A DNA stretch of 64,000 nt from Microcoleus sp. (GTDB taxonomy: Bacteria; Cyanobacteriota; Cyanobacteriia; Cyanobacteriales; Microcoleaceae), in contig JAYFMW010000017.1 in the NCBI GenBank assembly GCA_042408215.1, positions 256,001 to 320,000 of the forward strand, in the 5' to 3' direction. The notes beneath the pieces were generated by a model. That model did not search any database. It was given only the letters and a program-made list of their open reading frames with translations, and was not told where the DNA came from. How positions within the stretch are numbered: the first letter of the stretch is position 1; every line of letters begins with the position of its first letter. A program made the translations under genes and the position numbers. Shown piece after piece: positions 19,785 through 30,563 of the stretch.

Positions 19785-20096
19785 CCTCAGTTTTGCACCG
19801 GGGGTAAAAGCGCAGAACCTCTGCGCTTTTGATGGGGCGATCGCGTTGTACTATTAAACCCTTAGTTTTGCGCGGGGGTTTTGTCGGGGTGTTGAAGGTT
19901 AGCGCGATCGCGTTGTACTCTGTTGGGCAAAATGAAACCCTCAGTTTTACGCCGGGGGTAAAAGCGCAGAACCTCTGCGCTTTTGATGGGGCGGTTTTGA
20001 AGCGCGATCGCGTGTTCGGACGGACGAATAAACCCCCCTAGTTTTGCGCCGGGGGTAAAAGCGAAGTACGCTTCGCTTTTGGTGGGGGCGATCGCG
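19785..20096. repeat. Four diverged hairpin-HIP1 repeat units
   Basis: Units CC(T/C)(C/T)AGTTTT..GGGGGT[AAAAGCG..CGCTTTT]..GCGATCGCG at about 19785, 19856, 19935 and 20030. Confidence 0.8.
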
Positions 20097-20104
20097 TCGA
20101 TGCA

Positions 20105-20398
20105 CAAAGCCTCGCGTTTGCACAGTTCTTGGAGGCCGGGAGTCCGTTGCAGTCTGGGGTCTACAATTTTGATGTCTACGGCCCAGCGGCCGAGACTTTG
20201 ACCTTGGTTTTTCCTGACGATGGCTACTCGCACGATCAGCCACAGCAGGATAAAAAATATGGTTTGGACGATCGGATTAGCGCCGAGAAGCAAGCTGGGC
20301 AGCCAAACGGCGATCGCGTCGATGCCTAAGGCACCGGCGCGACGGCCGATTGATACTTTGGGCTGGAGAGGAACTAGGTCGGAACTCATGGGCAAAAA
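20105..20398 (-). pseudogene. Truncated duplicate of RDD gene 5' end (direct repeat copy B)
   Basis: Matches 14203-14496, then runs into the repeat array after ..CKREAL. Confidence 0.88.
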
Positions 20399-20484
20399 GG
20401 GCGATCGCGACTAGCTACTTTTTTATCTTAAGCTCTGGAATAGTCGATCGGCATCAATCAACCGACAAGCCAACCCCTAATAAT

Positions 20485-20727
20485 TCAAGCCGAAAACGGA
20501 TCTTCGCCGACTCCCAACTGCTGTTTCGACTTCTCCACCTGTTGCCAAAGCGCGTCTATCTGAGTAAATGCCTGTTCCACTGACATTTTACCGTTAGATA
20601 CCAGAGCGCTAATATAACCCACGCGCTGGGTAAACTGTTGTAAATTCGCATTAAACACCAAATTCTCTGGCTTTACTTCACCGTAGTAGCGATTTTGGGG
20701 ATATAAAAAATTTGAAAGTGCTACCAT
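20485..20727 (-). CDS. Small conserved cyanobacterial protein (FLYP..RYYG..PENLVFNANLQ family)
   Basis: Recognisable 80-aa motif; start set at MVALSNF. Confidence 0.8.
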   Translation of the reverse strand: MVALSNFLYPQNRYYGEVKPENLVFNANLQQFTQRVGYISALVSNGKMSVEQAFTQIDALWQQVEKSKQQLGVGEDPFSA

Positions 20728-20983
20728 TGCTTTAACCTCAGATAAAAACTTATTTTCTTCATATATCAATACTATAAACTGCGCTTCCCTTCTAGAGGTG
20801 TGATGAAAGTAGCAAAATTTATGTGATCTTTTGTTACTTTTTGAGTGATGGCAATTACACACATATCTCCTCGGCAACAAAAAAATAAGCAATCGCAGTC
20901 CTTGACAAAGTGACACAAAAATTAAAAAATAGACATAACTACTGTTGTCAAAAATAGTTAGACTTTTTGTCAAAAACTGCGTA

Positions 20984-21838
20984 ATGTCTCCAAATGCGCG
21001 ATCGCCAAGTCCCAAACCCCCACTCAAGCAAGTTTTAATCAGACTTGCACTCGCAGTAATTGCTGCTTTCATCGTCATCAACATTCCTCACTCCTTAATT
21101 CCCGTGTTCAAAGAACCCGTATCCGAAGCGACGCCACCGCCGGAAATCCAAAACCTGCTCGCCGGTAAGCGCAAAATTGTGACTATTGGCGACAGCATCA
21201 CAGAAGCTGGGAAATATCCCGGAGGTTACGTTTGGCTGCTGGAACGCTATCTGAATGCTCTTTATCCCGAGCGCGCGATCGAAATCATCAACGCCGGAAT
21301 CTCCGGGCACAAAGCGACTGATATGCAAGCACGTTTCCAGAAAGACGTAATTGACAAAAAACCCGATTTAGTGATGATTAATGTCGGTGTCAACGACGTT
21401 TGGCACGCTTTCTTTGACTTCCAAAACCTGCAATTTTATCCCCAGGGAAACTTACCGACAGGAGTACCCTTGGCAAAATACCGAGAGAAATTAACTCAAA
21501 TGGTGGAAGCGGCTTCTTCAGCGGGAATTCGAGTTGTACTGCTTTCTCCTACTCCCATTCGCGAGGTTCTCGACGGCCCGGAAAACCGCCGATTGCAAGA
21601 GTATATCGCGGCGATGCGAGAAATTGGCTTGCAAAATAAGTGCTTATTTATCGACTTGAATGCACCTTTTCGGGAAGTGATCGGCACGTTTCAAAAGCAC
21701 GCCGGAAAGACTCTGAATTTGTTAGCAGCAGATGGAGTACACCCAAATCCGTCGGGGTATCGAATTATGGCTTTTACTATTTTGCGAGGTTTGGGAGTGC
21801 CACCAAAAGATCTTGAGAATTTGCAAGTCAAAAATTGA
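20984..21838 (+). CDS. SGNH/GDSL hydrolase
   Basis: GDSIT, NAGISG, GVND, DGVHP. Confidence 0.92.
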   Translation: MSPNARSPSPKPPLKQVLIRLALAVIAAFIVINIPHSLIPVFKEPVSEATPPPEIQNLLAGKRKIVTIGDSITEAGKYPGGYVWLLERYLNALYPERAIEIINAGISGHKATDMQARFQKDVIDKKPDLVMINVGVNDVWHAFFDFQNLQFYPQGNLPTGVPLAKYREKLTQMVEAASSAGIRVVLLSPTPIREVLDGPENRRLQEYIAAMREIGLQNKCLFIDLNAPFREVIGTFQKHAGKTLNLLAADGVHPNPSGYRIMAFTILRGLGVPPKDLENLQVKN

Positions 21839-21963
21839 ATTTTTGAATTCAGTTAACTGTTGACTGTTGGACTTACGCAAGGAAGCAATTTTGACAGTAA
21901 GGTGCGCCCATAAGCACCCTACAAGTAGAGTTTGTGCGTCTAGGAATATGGTATTATATTTTT

Positions 21964-22860
21964 TCATTCTGGCGGATGATAGCGTTTTAACCAACAGCTA
22001 CCAATAATAACCAACGCAACCACAACGATAATTTCCGTCCAAAAAAACGACAGGAAATCACTTGCAGTCCCCACTGGCGGCACTCCCGGTTGAGCGTTGC
22101 GAATCGCCGGAAAAGCAAACAGCATCACAGCGGTCCAACTTAGCATTCCAACTTCCGGCAACTTACCCGATTTCATCACTTTTAATGCTAGCAGCAAGGC
22201 CATAATTGACAGTACCCACATAATTATGATAATCACTAAAGCAAAAAATTTCACCGGGAGCGATCGCGTTGTATAGACATCTATATAAATAAAGATAGAA
22301 GAATTTTCTGCCATCGGCTTGTAAGTGATATCGAAACCGGGAACATCAGCATCAAACTTAAATACTAGCGGCACTGGTTTGAGTTCAAAAGGAGCAAACT
22401 TTTTCCGAATCGAAGGCAGCGGATCGATGGAAATAGCGACTCTCGCCATGTGTCTATCAAACGGATAATTATTAGTTTTTCCCTCCACTAAGTTGAACTT
22501 TAAAGCAGGGACAATCATCGGTTTACCTTCTTTAAAGGTAATTTCTGAATCTGCTATATTTGCACCGTTAACTGTCATTAACAAATCTTGAGCCGGGTAG
22601 GTAGGCCCTTTTTTGTAAATGCCTTTGAGTTCAAATTCTAAACGGGCTTCTACTTCGTTTTTAACTGGATCGACTCCGATCGCAGTCATTTTAACTTCTA
22701 CTAAGCCTGTGGGAGCCGGAGAGCTATCTGGAGATGGGCTGTAAGGCTCTTGGGCCTTAGCCATTTGAGAGTAAATAGATAAAATAATTGCAAAAATTAC
22801 GATCGCGCTGCCAATTAAAATAAATATTTTTTTAATATTGTTTCTGTTGACAATTTGCAT
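21964..22860 (-). CDS. DUF4436-like membrane protein
   Basis: YPFDR; MLFAFPAIRNAQPGVPPVG..DFLSFFW. Confidence 0.8.
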   Translation of the reverse strand: MQIVNRNNIKKIFILIGSAIVIFAIILSIYSQMAKAQEPYSPSPDSSPAPTGLVEVKMTAIGVDPVKNEVEARLEFELKGIYKKGPTYPAQDLLMTVNGANIADSEITFKEGKPMIVPALKFNLVEGKTNNYPFDRHMARVAISIDPLPSIRKKFAPFELKPVPLVFKFDADVPGFDITYKPMAENSSIFIYIDVYTTRSLPVKFFALVIIIIMWVLSIMALLLALKVMKSGKLPEVGMLSWTAVMLFAFPAIRNAQPGVPPVGTASDFLSFFWTEIIVVVALVIIGSCWLKRYHPPE

Positions 22861-23039
22861 TGATTATGAGTATAAAATATTAAGTTTATTGTGGGGTGGG
22901 CATCTTGCCCGCCCAGAAACCGGGTTTTTTTACGAATACTTCGTTACCGCCGGCAGATTCGGCAAAAAACCCGGTTTCTTTCGTCGGAGTGCGTCCAGGA
23001 ATGAACGGGAAAGATGCCCACCCCACAACAGATAAAGAA

Positions 23040-24560
23040 TTAAGGAAGCAATACATTTGACGTAAAACTTCCGTGCAAACCGTAGGGAATATGATTTTTT
23101 AAATGCAGCCGCGCTACAGGGCCTTTGGTGATATCGCGAGCATCTAAAATTACTAAGCTCGATCGATGTTTTGCCGCATCATACATTAACATGAGCAACC
23201 AACCATCATCCTCAGCCGTTGCGGTGTCAGGCGTTGCAGTGTCAGGCGACACGCCTAATCCACGGGGAACAAATACCGGTTCCCCAGCAAAACCGCGCGG
23301 TGCCGCACTCCAAATTTGCTGCTCTCCCGTCAAGAAATCTACTTTAAGAATAGCTTGTAAAGGAGCATTACCCGTCGGAGCATCAGCAGCACCAATGTAC
23401 AGATACCGATAAGGTTGTCCGACATGATTTGGATGCAAAGTTGGAAACTCGCAGCACCGACTTTCGACAACTTGATGCTGCACGGTTTTGTCTTGCACAT
23501 TCAACTTGAACCGCCACAATTCACCGGCGGGTATACTGTCAAAATTAATCTCGCGAAAATCACCATCTGGCCCGACATTGGGGAATGATTCGTAGCAAAC
23601 TGAATCTACAAAAACTTCGTCTCCTTCTTCCCATGCGTTGCAGTGGTGGAAAACAAAACAAGGTTCAGTTTCTAGGATTTGTACTTCGTCGGTGCCGTTG
23701 CGAGGAATCAAAATTGCTTGCGTCGGCTTGTCTGGCGAAAATTGAATGCACTGGGAAGCACTCCGCATTCCTAACACAAAAGGTAGAGGATTGAAGGAGA
23801 CGGGATTTTGGAAGAATATGCAGTAATTTGGGGTCACTACCATATCGTGCAGAAATGCAAACCCCGGAATTGTATGGGCGTGATTTTGCAAAAGTTTGCC
23901 GCTTTCGTCGAGTTCATAAATGGTGATTGTACTCGACAAACCTGGTTTTACAGAAAAGTTGATTAGTCTGTCTCCGGCTCCATTTTTGCCCTTTTCAATT
24001 CTGGGGTGAGCAGCGAAGGGTTCACCTGGTTGCAATATCCCGTCTAGGGTATCTAAACCTATGGTTTCTAAGGTGCAAGGGTCGAGTCTGTAGGGTTCTG
24101 CTGCTTCCCAAAGTGCTAAGAGTTTTTCTCCCCAATATATGATGTTGGTGTTGGCAATGTTTTTGATTTTGAGGTCAAAGATATTATTTAGCCAGCCTCC
24201 TGCTTTCTGTGTGCCGAAAACGCCTCGGTGGAGGATTTTTCCGGCTGTTTGTTCTGCTAAATAGCCTTCGGTGTGGACGAATCGGTTGCGGAAGTGGGCG
24301 CGCCCGTCGGAAATTGCGATCGCACAAACCATCCCATCACCATCAAAGGGGTGGTGGATGCGCTCGCCGTTGATATCTAGCAAGCCAGGCCCGTTGCGAA
24401 AGAATGTGCCTTGTAAGTCGGCGGGGATTTCGCCTTCTATGTCGTCAATCCAATAATCGGATTCGTTGGGTTGGGATTCGTAGCCGCGCTGCCAGTCTGT
24501 GCGATCGTATGATAAGTTTTGGGCTGCTGTTTTGGTTTGGGAAGTTTCTATGTTTTGCAT
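23040..24560 (-). CDS. Carotenoid/apocarotenoid cleavage oxygenase (RPE65 family)
   Basis: RNGPG, HPFDGDG, AHP, LHD, FHH, CEFP, GEP, EDDG, GLHG. Confidence 0.95.
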   Translation of the reverse strand: MQNIETSQTKTAAQNLSYDRTDWQRGYESQPNESDYWIDDIEGEIPADLQGTFFRNGPGLLDINGERIHHPFDGDGMVCAIAISDGRAHFRNRFVHTEGYLAEQTAGKILHRGVFGTQKAGGWLNNIFDLKIKNIANTNIIYWGEKLLALWEAAEPYRLDPCTLETIGLDTLDGILQPGEPFAAHPRIEKGKNGAGDRLINFSVKPGLSSTITIYELDESGKLLQNHAHTIPGFAFLHDMVVTPNYCIFFQNPVSFNPLPFVLGMRSASQCIQFSPDKPTQAILIPRNGTDEVQILETEPCFVFHHCNAWEEGDEVFVDSVCYESFPNVGPDGDFREINFDSIPAGELWRFKLNVQDKTVQHQVVESRCCEFPTLHPNHVGQPYRYLYIGAADAPTGNAPLQAILKVDFLTGEQQIWSAAPRGFAGEPVFVPRGLGVSPDTATPDTATAEDDGWLLMLMYDAAKHRSSLVILDARDITKGPVARLHLKNHIPYGLHGSFTSNVLLP

Positions 24561-24731
24561 TGGTAGAATAAGCTTTTATTGATTTAACCGCAGAGAGCAC
24601 AGAGGGCGCAGAGAGAAAGAAAAGATATCAAAATATCACAAGTTCAATATCTTTCTTCCTTCTTTCTTTCTTTCTTTCTTTCTTTCTTTCAATCCGTTAC
24701 ATCCCTTAGATTGCCAGTTGCCGAACTTCCT

Positions 24732-26186
24732 TCATTTGCTATCTTGGCTGCGGGATTCTGACCTTAATGTTGGCACTAAGTCGGGAAAGTATTCGGGCAT
24801 GAAATGCTGTCCGCCTGGTTTGGAACTGCCCATTTCTGGTTCTAATACGGGGAGAGACTGTCGATAGTTTGGATCGTCGCTTTCTGTACTTTCAGCGGGC
24901 AGCCAACCTAGGAATGGTAGGGGCAGAAGTGTGGACAGGTTGGTGATGACTACTAGCAGCCAGAGGTTGTCGAAATTGCGATCGGTAATTCCCAGCCAGT
25001 GAGTCAAAACTGCACCGAATTCGTAGGACAAAAGTCCGGCTAAATTGGTGATGGACATCAGCAGGGCAAATAAAGTTGCTTCGACGCCACGGGGACACAA
25101 TCGCGCCGAGAGTACCAGCACTGGCATATAAGCAATTTGCCCGATCACTGTTAAGATGAGGCTGTCTCCGATGCTGAACCACTGGTCGTCAATTCCTAAA
25201 GTTCGGTTGGTGTGAGTTACTAATAGTAAAGTTGTCAATCCCAAGGCAGTTGCAATGACTGTTGACCAGCCGAAAATTACTCGAAATGGAATTGTTTTGA
25301 GGAAGTGCTGAAACAGCCAGATACCGACGAGGGCGGCAATGCTGGTAACGAGGCGCACTCGGCCGAGAAATTCGGGTTGAAAGCCTAGTTCGTTGGTGGT
25401 GAAAAAGAAGAAGGCGGAGTCGGAAGTTGGGGTGGCTTGCCACAGGAATAGAAAGGCTGTTGGTAACCAAATTGTTTTTTGGGTAACAGCTTGCCGCAGT
25501 TGTTTTAATTGGTCTTTGACAGTTTCAAAGTCGGTTTTTTTGTGGGTTTTTTCTTCGGCAATTAACCAGGCTGTTGCTGATACGATTAGTGGGAAAGATG
25601 CCGTGATTAAAAAGATGGTGTGGGTGCTGAAGTTTTGGAGCAGGGAACCGCTGAGGTAGGCGGTGATTAGTCCGCCGAGGGCTGATGCGCCCCAGGATAG
25701 GGATTGCAGGGAACCGGCATCGGTAACGGATTCTTTGCGGGCTCTTTCGACTACTAGGGAGTCGGCGATGACGTCGCTGACGGCTAGGGAAAGGGAACTA
25801 AGGGCGATCGCCCCTGTAGCGGCCAAGGGCGTGTGTACTATTGTGGCTAGGGCAACCCATGCTGACGTACCCAACAGCCCGGAGAGGACGATGTAAGGGC
25901 GTCTGCGGTAGCCGAATATCGGCAATCCGTCGGACATGAAGCCGAATAGGGGTTTGATAATCCAAGGTAGGGCGACGACGCCCAGCATTGCTGAGACTTC
26001 GGCGGGGCTCATGCCGAGTTCGTCTTTGAGGAAGAAGCTGACGGCTAAGCGGGCTAGTCCGAGAATGCCTTGGACGAAGTAAATCAGTAAGATGGCTATG
26101 AGTTCGGGGGTTGGCTCATTCCCAAAGAATACTTTTTCTTTTAAGGATTCTTTGAGTTTGCTGACGCCGGATGGGGAAACGAGCAT
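24732..26186 (-). CDS. Folate/biopterin (BT1) MFS transporter
   Basis: PWIIKPLFGFMSD, GYRRRPY, ARLCPRGVEATLFALLMS. Confidence 0.93.
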   Translation of the reverse strand: MLVSPSGVSKLKESLKEKVFFGNEPTPELIAILLIYFVQGILGLARLAVSFFLKDELGMSPAEVSAMLGVVALPWIIKPLFGFMSDGLPIFGYRRRPYIVLSGLLGTSAWVALATIVHTPLAATGAIALSSLSLAVSDVIADSLVVERARKESVTDAGSLQSLSWGASALGGLITAYLSGSLLQNFSTHTIFLITASFPLIVSATAWLIAEEKTHKKTDFETVKDQLKQLRQAVTQKTIWLPTAFLFLWQATPTSDSAFFFFTTNELGFQPEFLGRVRLVTSIAALVGIWLFQHFLKTIPFRVIFGWSTVIATALGLTTLLLVTHTNRTLGIDDQWFSIGDSLILTVIGQIAYMPVLVLSARLCPRGVEATLFALLMSITNLAGLLSYEFGAVLTHWLGITDRNFDNLWLLVVITNLSTLLPLPFLGWLPAESTESDDPNYRQSLPVLEPEMGSSKPGGQHFMPEYFPDLVPTLRSESRSQDSK

Positions 26187-26706
26187 TTGAGCAATATTTC
26201 TTAATGAATCTCAATATTTATAACACACTCTGTAGTGGAAGGGTAACAAAAGGAGGTGGGATGCGAGAGTGACGGGGAGTTTTCAATGGTAGATTTTTTC
26301 GATTCCGGGCGAGGAAAAGGAGGGGGGAGAATGGAAAAAATATTCGATCGCTCTCTGTAGACGGCACTGATGCGCCCGCTGAGCTGTTGGCCAGAAATAA
26401 ACATCATGTTTCGCATTGGCCTGCTGTAATTTGTGACCAATAATTTCAAAGGTGGTACAAGCCCCCGGATTTATCCGTGGAATCAATCCAAAATCCCAAA
26501 TCTAAAATCCTCAAGCCCCCGCATTTATACGTGGGGTAAATCTAAAATCTAAAATCTAAAATCTAAAATCGATTGACCAGGTGGCTCTCTGGCTTCTAAG
26601 TCTTTAACTTTGGCGATCGCACTTTACACAGCCTATTTCAGCATAATTTTAATTACCAACAATGACTTGACTGTTCGATATTAGTATCAATTAAAACCTA
26701 AAATTG

Positions 26707-26808
26707 ACGTGAGTTCGATAAAAATTTCTGTTCAGATAAATTATGAAAGCTTCAGGCTAACAACCTCTAGGAAAAACCCTAGCTTTCAACTTTCCGTCGA
26801 ACTCACGT
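26707..26808. mobile_element. Small MITE-like element
   Basis: Perfect 12-bp terminal inverted repeat ACGTGAGTTCGA/TCGAACTCACGT. Confidence 0.6.
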
Positions 26809-26824
26809 ACAATCAATTGCCTGA

Positions 26825-29509
26825 CTAGATAGAGAACACCTTGCAGAGAGGTTCAGTATTGACTAATCCTGAATGCTCAAGTTGCAACCCAGTTCCCTGA
26901 CCACAAACCTGAAGATTATTCAATCTGTATGACTCTAAAGTTCCAGAGGAACGGGATTCACCAAAGGAAGACAACCTTACACTTAATAGGCAATCTTTCC
27001 CTGGGCTACGCAACTTTTGCTCTCCCTGGTTTCCTATTACAAAGTCATTCAACTCATCATCGTCATTAGCCCCGGAAACAGAAGTGCAAATAGGTACTAG
27101 AGTTTGCCTTGGGTTGGCAATCAGCGATCGGTTGTCCATAGTAGGTGTTTGACAATTCTGACGATCGCGGACTTGATTTTTGCTCGGGCAAATTAGAGGA
27201 TCATATCCATCCTCACGATCGTCGTCGGCGATCGAAATCGGAATAGATACTGGCGCTGATGTCGGCCGATCGATCGGCGTTTCCGTTGGCTGGCAATTGC
27301 CGACTATGCGTTTCCGAGTTGGTGTCGCCGTCCAGATCGGTGTCCGCGTCGGTGTGTGCATCGGCATCGGCATCGGCATCGGCATCGGCATCGGTATCGG
27401 TGTCGGCATCGGTGTCGGTGTCACAAACTGTGTCACAAGCTGTGTCACAAGCTGTGTCACAAGCTGTGTCGGTGTCGTCACAATCGGCGTCACAATCGGT
27501 GTCACAATCGGTGTCGGCGTCGTCACAATCGGGGTAGCGGTCGGCGTCGTCACAATCGGTGTAGCCGTCGTTGTCTCAACAATCGGGGTAGCCGTCGGCG
27601 TCGTCACAATCGGGGTAGCCGTCGGTGTCTCAACAATCGGGGTAGCCGTCGTTGTCGTCACAATCGGGGTAGCCGTCGTTGTCTCAACAATCGGTGTCGT
27701 TGTCTCAACAATCGGGGTAGCCGTCGGCGTTGTCACAATCGGTGTCGTTGTCTCAACAATCGGGGTAGCCGTCGGTATCGTCACAATCGGCGTCGTTGTC
27801 TCAAGAATCGGGGTAGCTGTCGGTGTCTCAACAATCGGCGTCGTCACAATCGGCGTCGTCACAATCGGCGTCATCACAATCGGGGTAGCTGTCGGTGTCT
27901 CAACAATCGGCGTCGTCACAATCGGCGTCGTCACAATCGGCGTCGTCACAATCGGTGTCGTTGTCTCAACAATCGGCGTCGTCACAATCGGCGTCGTCAC
28001 AATCGGCGTCGTCACAATCGGTGTCGTTGTCTCAACAATCGGCGTCGTCACAATCGGTGTCGTTGTCTCAACAATCGGCGTCGTCACAATCGGCGTCGTC
28101 ACAATCGGCGTCGTCACAATCGGTGTCGTCACAATCGGTGTCGTTGTCTCAACAATCGGCGTCGTCACAATCGGCGTCGTCACAATCGGGGTAGCCGTCG
28201 GTGTCTCAACAATCGGGGTAGCCGTCGTTGTCTCAACAATCGGGGTAGCCGTCGGTATCGTCACAATCGGTGTCGTCACAATCGGCGTCGTCACAATCGG
28301 GGTAGCCGTCGGTATCGTCACAATCGGCGTCGTCACAATCGGCGTCGTCACAATCGGGGTAGCCGTCGTTGTCTCAACAATCGGGGTAGCCGTCGGCGTC
28401 GTCACAATCGGGGTAGCTGTCGGCGTCTCAACAATCGGCGTCGTCACAATCGGCGTCTCAACAATCGGCGTAGCCGTCGGTGCAATATTGACTGTAAATG
28501 TTCCCAAATTGCCAGCTACACCAAAATTGTTAACCGTGTCGCTTACTTGCTGAGCTTGTAGTTGTATTGTGTAAATGCCATTATCTGCCGTATCCCAAGC
28601 ATCACCAGGGGGAGTAAATGAGTAAGTGGCGGTGCGGGGAGTGCCATTACCTAGAGGCGTGAAATTTACTAGAGTTGCCGGTTGGCTTTTGCCATCGGGC
28701 CCAGCGACGAGGATATCATTACTATCTAAGCTAGTAACGTTGACGGCTGTATTGTCGCTGTAGGTAACAGTGAAATTGTAATTAGTCCCACCTGCTGTGT
28801 TGATATTGGTTAAGCTGGTAGAAGCGATCGGCAAAGTGAAGTCGGAACTCCAAGTATTGCTAGCATTTGTATTCAGAGAATTGCCAGCCAAGTCGGCGAT
28901 ACCAGAACCAGTAGCAGTGAGGGAGAGTTGGTAATTGCCATCGCTACTGGTTAATCCCGTCAGGTTATCTAACGTCCAGTTAGTATTGTTCCTAGTGCTT
29001 AGGGTAGCCCCTGCGAGGGGAACGGGTACTCCATTTTGAGTCAGACTTAAATCGGCTATGTCAAAGCCTGTTACAGGTTCACTGAAAGTAATGGGAATTG
29101 TACTGACACTACTGTTGCGCGGATCGGGAGTAATTGGGTCAAAGGTGACAGTGGGGAGAGTTTTATCCACTGTATAAGTCTCTCCTGTAAAGTCGCCGTT
29201 GCCTTCACCGTTCCCTCCTAATGGGACAAATAGGGAATTATTAATCGAATCATCATCGACGATATTTAATCCTAGGATGCCATCACCAGTGCCCGTGTTA
29301 ACACTTACATTGTAGGTGTTGTCGATACCTGTCACTCCAGTGATACTTGCACCCGTTGGCCCTGTAGATGTCAGGCTAAAGTCTGTGGGATCTACTCCAC
29401 TCACATTCTCATTAAAGGTGACGGTGTAGTTGACATTATTTGATTGAGTTGGGTTGGGGTCGGCAAGTTTGATGTCACTGACTGTGGGGTTGTTGGATAT
29501 AAAACTCAC
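26825..29509 (-). CDS. Ig-like domain surface protein with long Thr/Pro mucin-like repeat; C-terminus appears degenerate
   Basis: VTFNENVSG / ITFSEPVTGFD..DLAGN Ig-like repeats; TPIVT repeats at about 27350-28480. Confidence 0.75.
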   Translation of the reverse strand: MSFISNNPTVSDIKLADPNPTQSNNVNYTVTFNENVSGVDPTDFSLTSTGPTGASITGVTGIDNTYNVSVNTGTGDGILGLNIVDDDSINNSLFVPLGGNGEGNGDFTGETYTVDKTLPTVTFDPITPDPRNSSVSTIPITFSEPVTGFDIADLSLTQNGVPVPLAGATLSTRNNTNWTLDNLTGLTSSDGNYQLSLTATGSGIADLAGNSLNTNASNTWSSDFTLPIASTSLTNINTAGGTNYNFTVTYSDNTAVNVTSLDSNDILVAGPDGKSQPATLVNFTPLGNGTPRTATYSFTPPGDAWDTADNGIYTIQLQAQQVSDTVNNFGVAGNLGTFTVNIAPTATPIVETPIVTTPIVETPTATPIVTTPTATPIVETTTATPIVTTPIVTTPIVTIPTATPIVTTPIVTTPIVTIPTATPIVETTTATPIVETPTATPIVTTPIVTTPIVETTTPIVTTPIVTTPIVTTPIVTTPIVETTTPIVTTPIVETTTPIVTTPIVTTPIVTTPIVETTTPIVTTPIVTTPIVTTPIVETPTATPIVMTPIVTTPIVTTPIVETPTATPILETTTPIVTIPTATPIVETTTPIVTTPTATPIVETTTPIVETTTATPIVTTTTATPIVETPTATPIVTTPTATPIVETTTATPIVTTPTATPIVTTPTPIVTPIVTPIVTTPTQLVTQLVTQLVTQFVTPTPMPTPIPMPMPMPMPMPMHTPTRTPIWTATPTRKRIVGNCQPTETPIDRPTSAPVSIPISIADDDREDGYDPLICPSKNQVRDRQNCQTPTMDNRSLIANPRQTLVPICTSVSGANDDDELNDFVIGNQGEQKLRSPGKDCLLSVRLSSFGESRSSGTLESYRLNNLQVCGQGTGLQLEHSGLVNTEPLCKVFSI

Positions 29510-30563
29510 TGTTTTTCTCCCTGTATTTTATAGTTTATTTGATCGCACTTAGCCATGTTAGCATTGCAATTGCATTCAGTCAAACGATCGATCGATCCCA
29601 TATTGCTCACACTCATTTTTTTTTACATAAATGGTATCTAGGTTAAGAGCAATATCAGGAAGATTTCTCGATATTTGGGATAATTTCGCTGAATTTCCCA
29701 ATTTTGAGCATATGGTGATGTATTCTCTTTCTCTGCATCCTGTAATCAAGCCAGAGACACCACCTAAGACAGCGGAATTTCAACGCTCAACTCGGTTCCT
29801 TCTCCTGCTGCTGAGTTACATTCAAGCGTGCCGCCGTGCTTTGCGGCGACAATCCAGTGCGAAATAGATAATCCTAATCCGGTACCTTTTGCTGCTGGTT
29901 GTCAACAAGGGCGACAGCAATTTCGATCGCACTTCTTCTGTCATAGCGGGGCCATTGTCAATAATCGAGATAGCAAGGCGATCGAACTTGTTACCTTACC
30001 TCAGCCAGACAGCCTGAGTAAAGCAGCAGCATCAATTATATAATTTTTAATTTGACAGTGGCAAGAGAGAGTCTGATCGGAGAATATCATAGTACAAATT
30101 ACTTAAATATATCCTTTCTCAGTAACAGTGCGGTGCAGGCTTGATAAGCGGGCCTAGGGCCTAGGGCCTAGGGCCTAGGGCATACCTCATATCGTTTCCG
30201 GTTGCATCGGAATGATACCGAGTGACAAGACAGTCGTGTCCCTACCCCATTAATTGTAGGTGACAAGACAGTCGTGTCCTCCGTTTATATCATTCCGATG
30301 AAGAGAGGATTTAATATCACTTTATTGAGAACTGCTATAAAGATAAATTAATAGGTAAGTACAGGGAAAGTCGGAAAGATTTTGCGAGGCGCAAGCAACA
30401 GCAGTAGGTAAAGCCTACAAGGTAAAATTTTATTGGCGATCGCTACATTTGCTGGCGGTGTCCACGGGGAATTTCTCGGCAGAAAGCCATAGTTTTCCAG
30501 ATCCAGAAAAGTTTTTGAGAGTATTGTGATTGTGGATATATTAAGAATTGCGATCGAGTAAAA

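Noticed and set aside
14203..20398. DGR template/variable repeat pair
   Set aside because: Copies appear identical, with no adenine-specific mismatches, and there is no reverse transcriptase
27180..28561. Long + strand ORFs (VVTIG and RRHN repeats); likewise 33268-34578
   Set aside because: Antisense shadows of Thr/Pro repeat coding sequence
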